From NCBI GenBank assembly GCA_051294375.1, contig CM119267.1, positions 23,715,468 to 23,738,529 of the forward strand: 23,062 bases of DNA, written 5' to 3'. The position numbers and the translations under genes were made by a program. The DNA is from Paraspadella gotoi (Eukaryota; Animalia; Chaetognatha). Positions within the stretch are counted from its first letter, which is position 1; every line of letters begins with the position of its first letter. The notes under the pieces were generated by a model that saw nothing but the letters and a program-made list of their open reading frames with translations, ran no database searches and was not told the origin of the DNA. Of this stretch, positions 21,208-23,062 are shown one piece after another.

Positions 21208-21696
21208 CTGGGTGACGAGGGAAAGTTATCGCCATTCGGCCGATCAGAACATCCTTCGAGCGCAATTAGATTAGAAAATCATCCATAGAAACAAAGGGGG
21301 CTCTGTCCCGCGGATTGAAAATTCTCAGAGAATAATAATAAAGTTGGAGACGAAAAAAAAAATAAAATAAAAGGGAAATTTTTTCAATAAAAGTGACGAG
21401 AAATAAATAATTCATCACCGAACGACTTCCGTTCATCGAGGCGAATGAAAAAGGAGAAAAAATTTGTAATTTAGTTAAATGAAAATTCACTTTTTCTTTA
21501 CGAAGAAGAAAATTCTGAAAAAAAATTGTAAAAAATTAGAGAGAAAAGGGTTTGAGGAAGAGGAGGAGGAGGATGGAGAAAGAGGAAGCGAAAGAGGGAT
21601 AGATATAAAAATAGAAAGAGAAAGGTAAGATAGAAAGACAAGAGAGAGAGAAAGCGTCAGACGGTGGGGATAGAATAATCGATCTTTTCTCCCTTC

Positions 21697-21797
<101 letters not shown>

Positions 21798-22897
21798 ATA
21801 TCCATTTTTCGCTGTTTTAAAAGGGAAAAAAAAACTCGGAATTAGTCGTGGGCCATCTTTGAAGAAAAGTTTTCGTCGCCAAAAAAACTTTTCTCGCAGG
21901 TTTTTTTTTCTTGCTTTTTTTTGTTCTTTTTTTCCCCTCGTTTTCTCTCAAAATTAAAATGCGTGAAGCAAAAAAGTCTACTTTTCACGCGGAAAAAGAC
22001 GACGACGACGACGACGACGATATTCGCAGAAAAGGTGAAGACGACCATGATTTAAACGATGCTCACGTCGAATGATGATGACGACGACGACGAAGAAATG
22101 ACAAAAAAACAAATCTTAGGACGGAGGGAAATTCACATTAAAGTCATCCTGAGGAATCCCAAAGTTAATGGTAATTAGTGACAGTGATGAGGTCGACGAC
22201 GACCATTATAACGACGACGAAGAAAACGACGACGACGCCATCTTACGGTAAACAATCTTTTCTTCATCAGAAGATTAATGAACTTTTGCCGCCGAGGGCT
22301 TCAGAAAAACTTAGCATCATTACTACGAAAATCCTTAATTCAATTTTTCTTTTTTTTCTTTTGCTTTTTTTTGCTTTATTTCTCTTTTTTCTTTTCTCAA
22401 TCTTATGCAATCGAAACATCAGCTGCACTCGATAAAACGACTTATTCCGACTACGTTGCTTAGATAGACTTTATACAAAATTGTATCTTTATTTTAAACC
22501 TAAACAATTAATAAAAAAATCATATCTGGCTTCTTTTTTTGTGAAATGAACTCTTAAGATCTCTCATTAGTTGGGAATAGAACACATTACGTAAACGTCC
22601 TCATGAATTCGACTCTTAACGAAACGAAACGAGTTTGGATCCGCGGGACAATGATTACATATGAAATTGTTACAGTATTACTGTATAGTATAGATAAGCT
22701 ATCTTGCCATTGACGAAAAGCAGGCTATTGTGGATTAGGGCCTTGGAACTTTATCCCCAAATCACGAGATAATAACAGCGAACTTTTAATCTCAAATCTC
22801 TCACAGATTAGCTTAGAGAAACTGACTACACCATAGAGTAGTATAAAGAATTTATCAACTGTTTTACTTGATGCTGCTGTGTAAACTCAATACTTAA

Positions 22898-23062
22898 GGC
22901 CATATGGTCATAGATCCGGCCGACGGCTGACCTCGCAATGAGCCCGACCATTGGATCGTCGGGTACAACCTGTCGGCTGACCTCACGGGTGACCCCGCCC
23001 AATGACCTCCATTCAGTTTGTCTGATGGCGAGGTCGGGCTAAGATGGCCCTGTGAGGAGGTG
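22898..23062. mobile_element. Possible start of a GC-rich foldback/MITE-like element running off the window
   Basis: GC content jumps abruptly after TTAA|GGCCAT. The motif ggctgacctc occurs twice, with inverted partners (gacctcgc/gcgaggtc, agcccgacc/ggtcgggct). No TSD can be established. Confidence 0.3.

Overview
Low-gene-density, AT-rich eukaryotic (probably invertebrate animal) draft-genome window. It has seven N-gaps, abundant (GA/TC)n, (GAC)n and (AAT)n microsatellites, and many short degenerate minisatellites. CpG is not visibly depleted. Most ORFs in the supplied track are artefacts of microsatellites or N-runs. The one unambiguous gene is an intronless minus-strand C2H2 zinc-finger gene (17683-19041, 9 intact fingers). 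Reading splice sites by hand gives a plus-strand spliced gene that the ORF track misses: exon 11510-11727 and exon 11941-12236 (poly-Ala plus His/Pro-rich), with a probable further exon at about 20282-21131. If those exons belong to one gene, the zinc-finger gene is nested antisense inside its intron. Two complete non-autonomous DNA transposons are defined by TIRs plus target-site duplications: a Ginger-like MITE (493-746, 4-bp TSD) and a hAT-type element spanning a gap (14173-15282, 8-bp TSD). There is also a Helentron/DINE-like terminal fragment. I found no prokaryotic-type system (CRISPR, operon, tRNA, rRNA) and cannot claim a proven novel system. The best leads are the nested arrangement, the exon that is open in all three frames, a small Gly/Cys heptad ORF and an RGGTCA half-site cluster.
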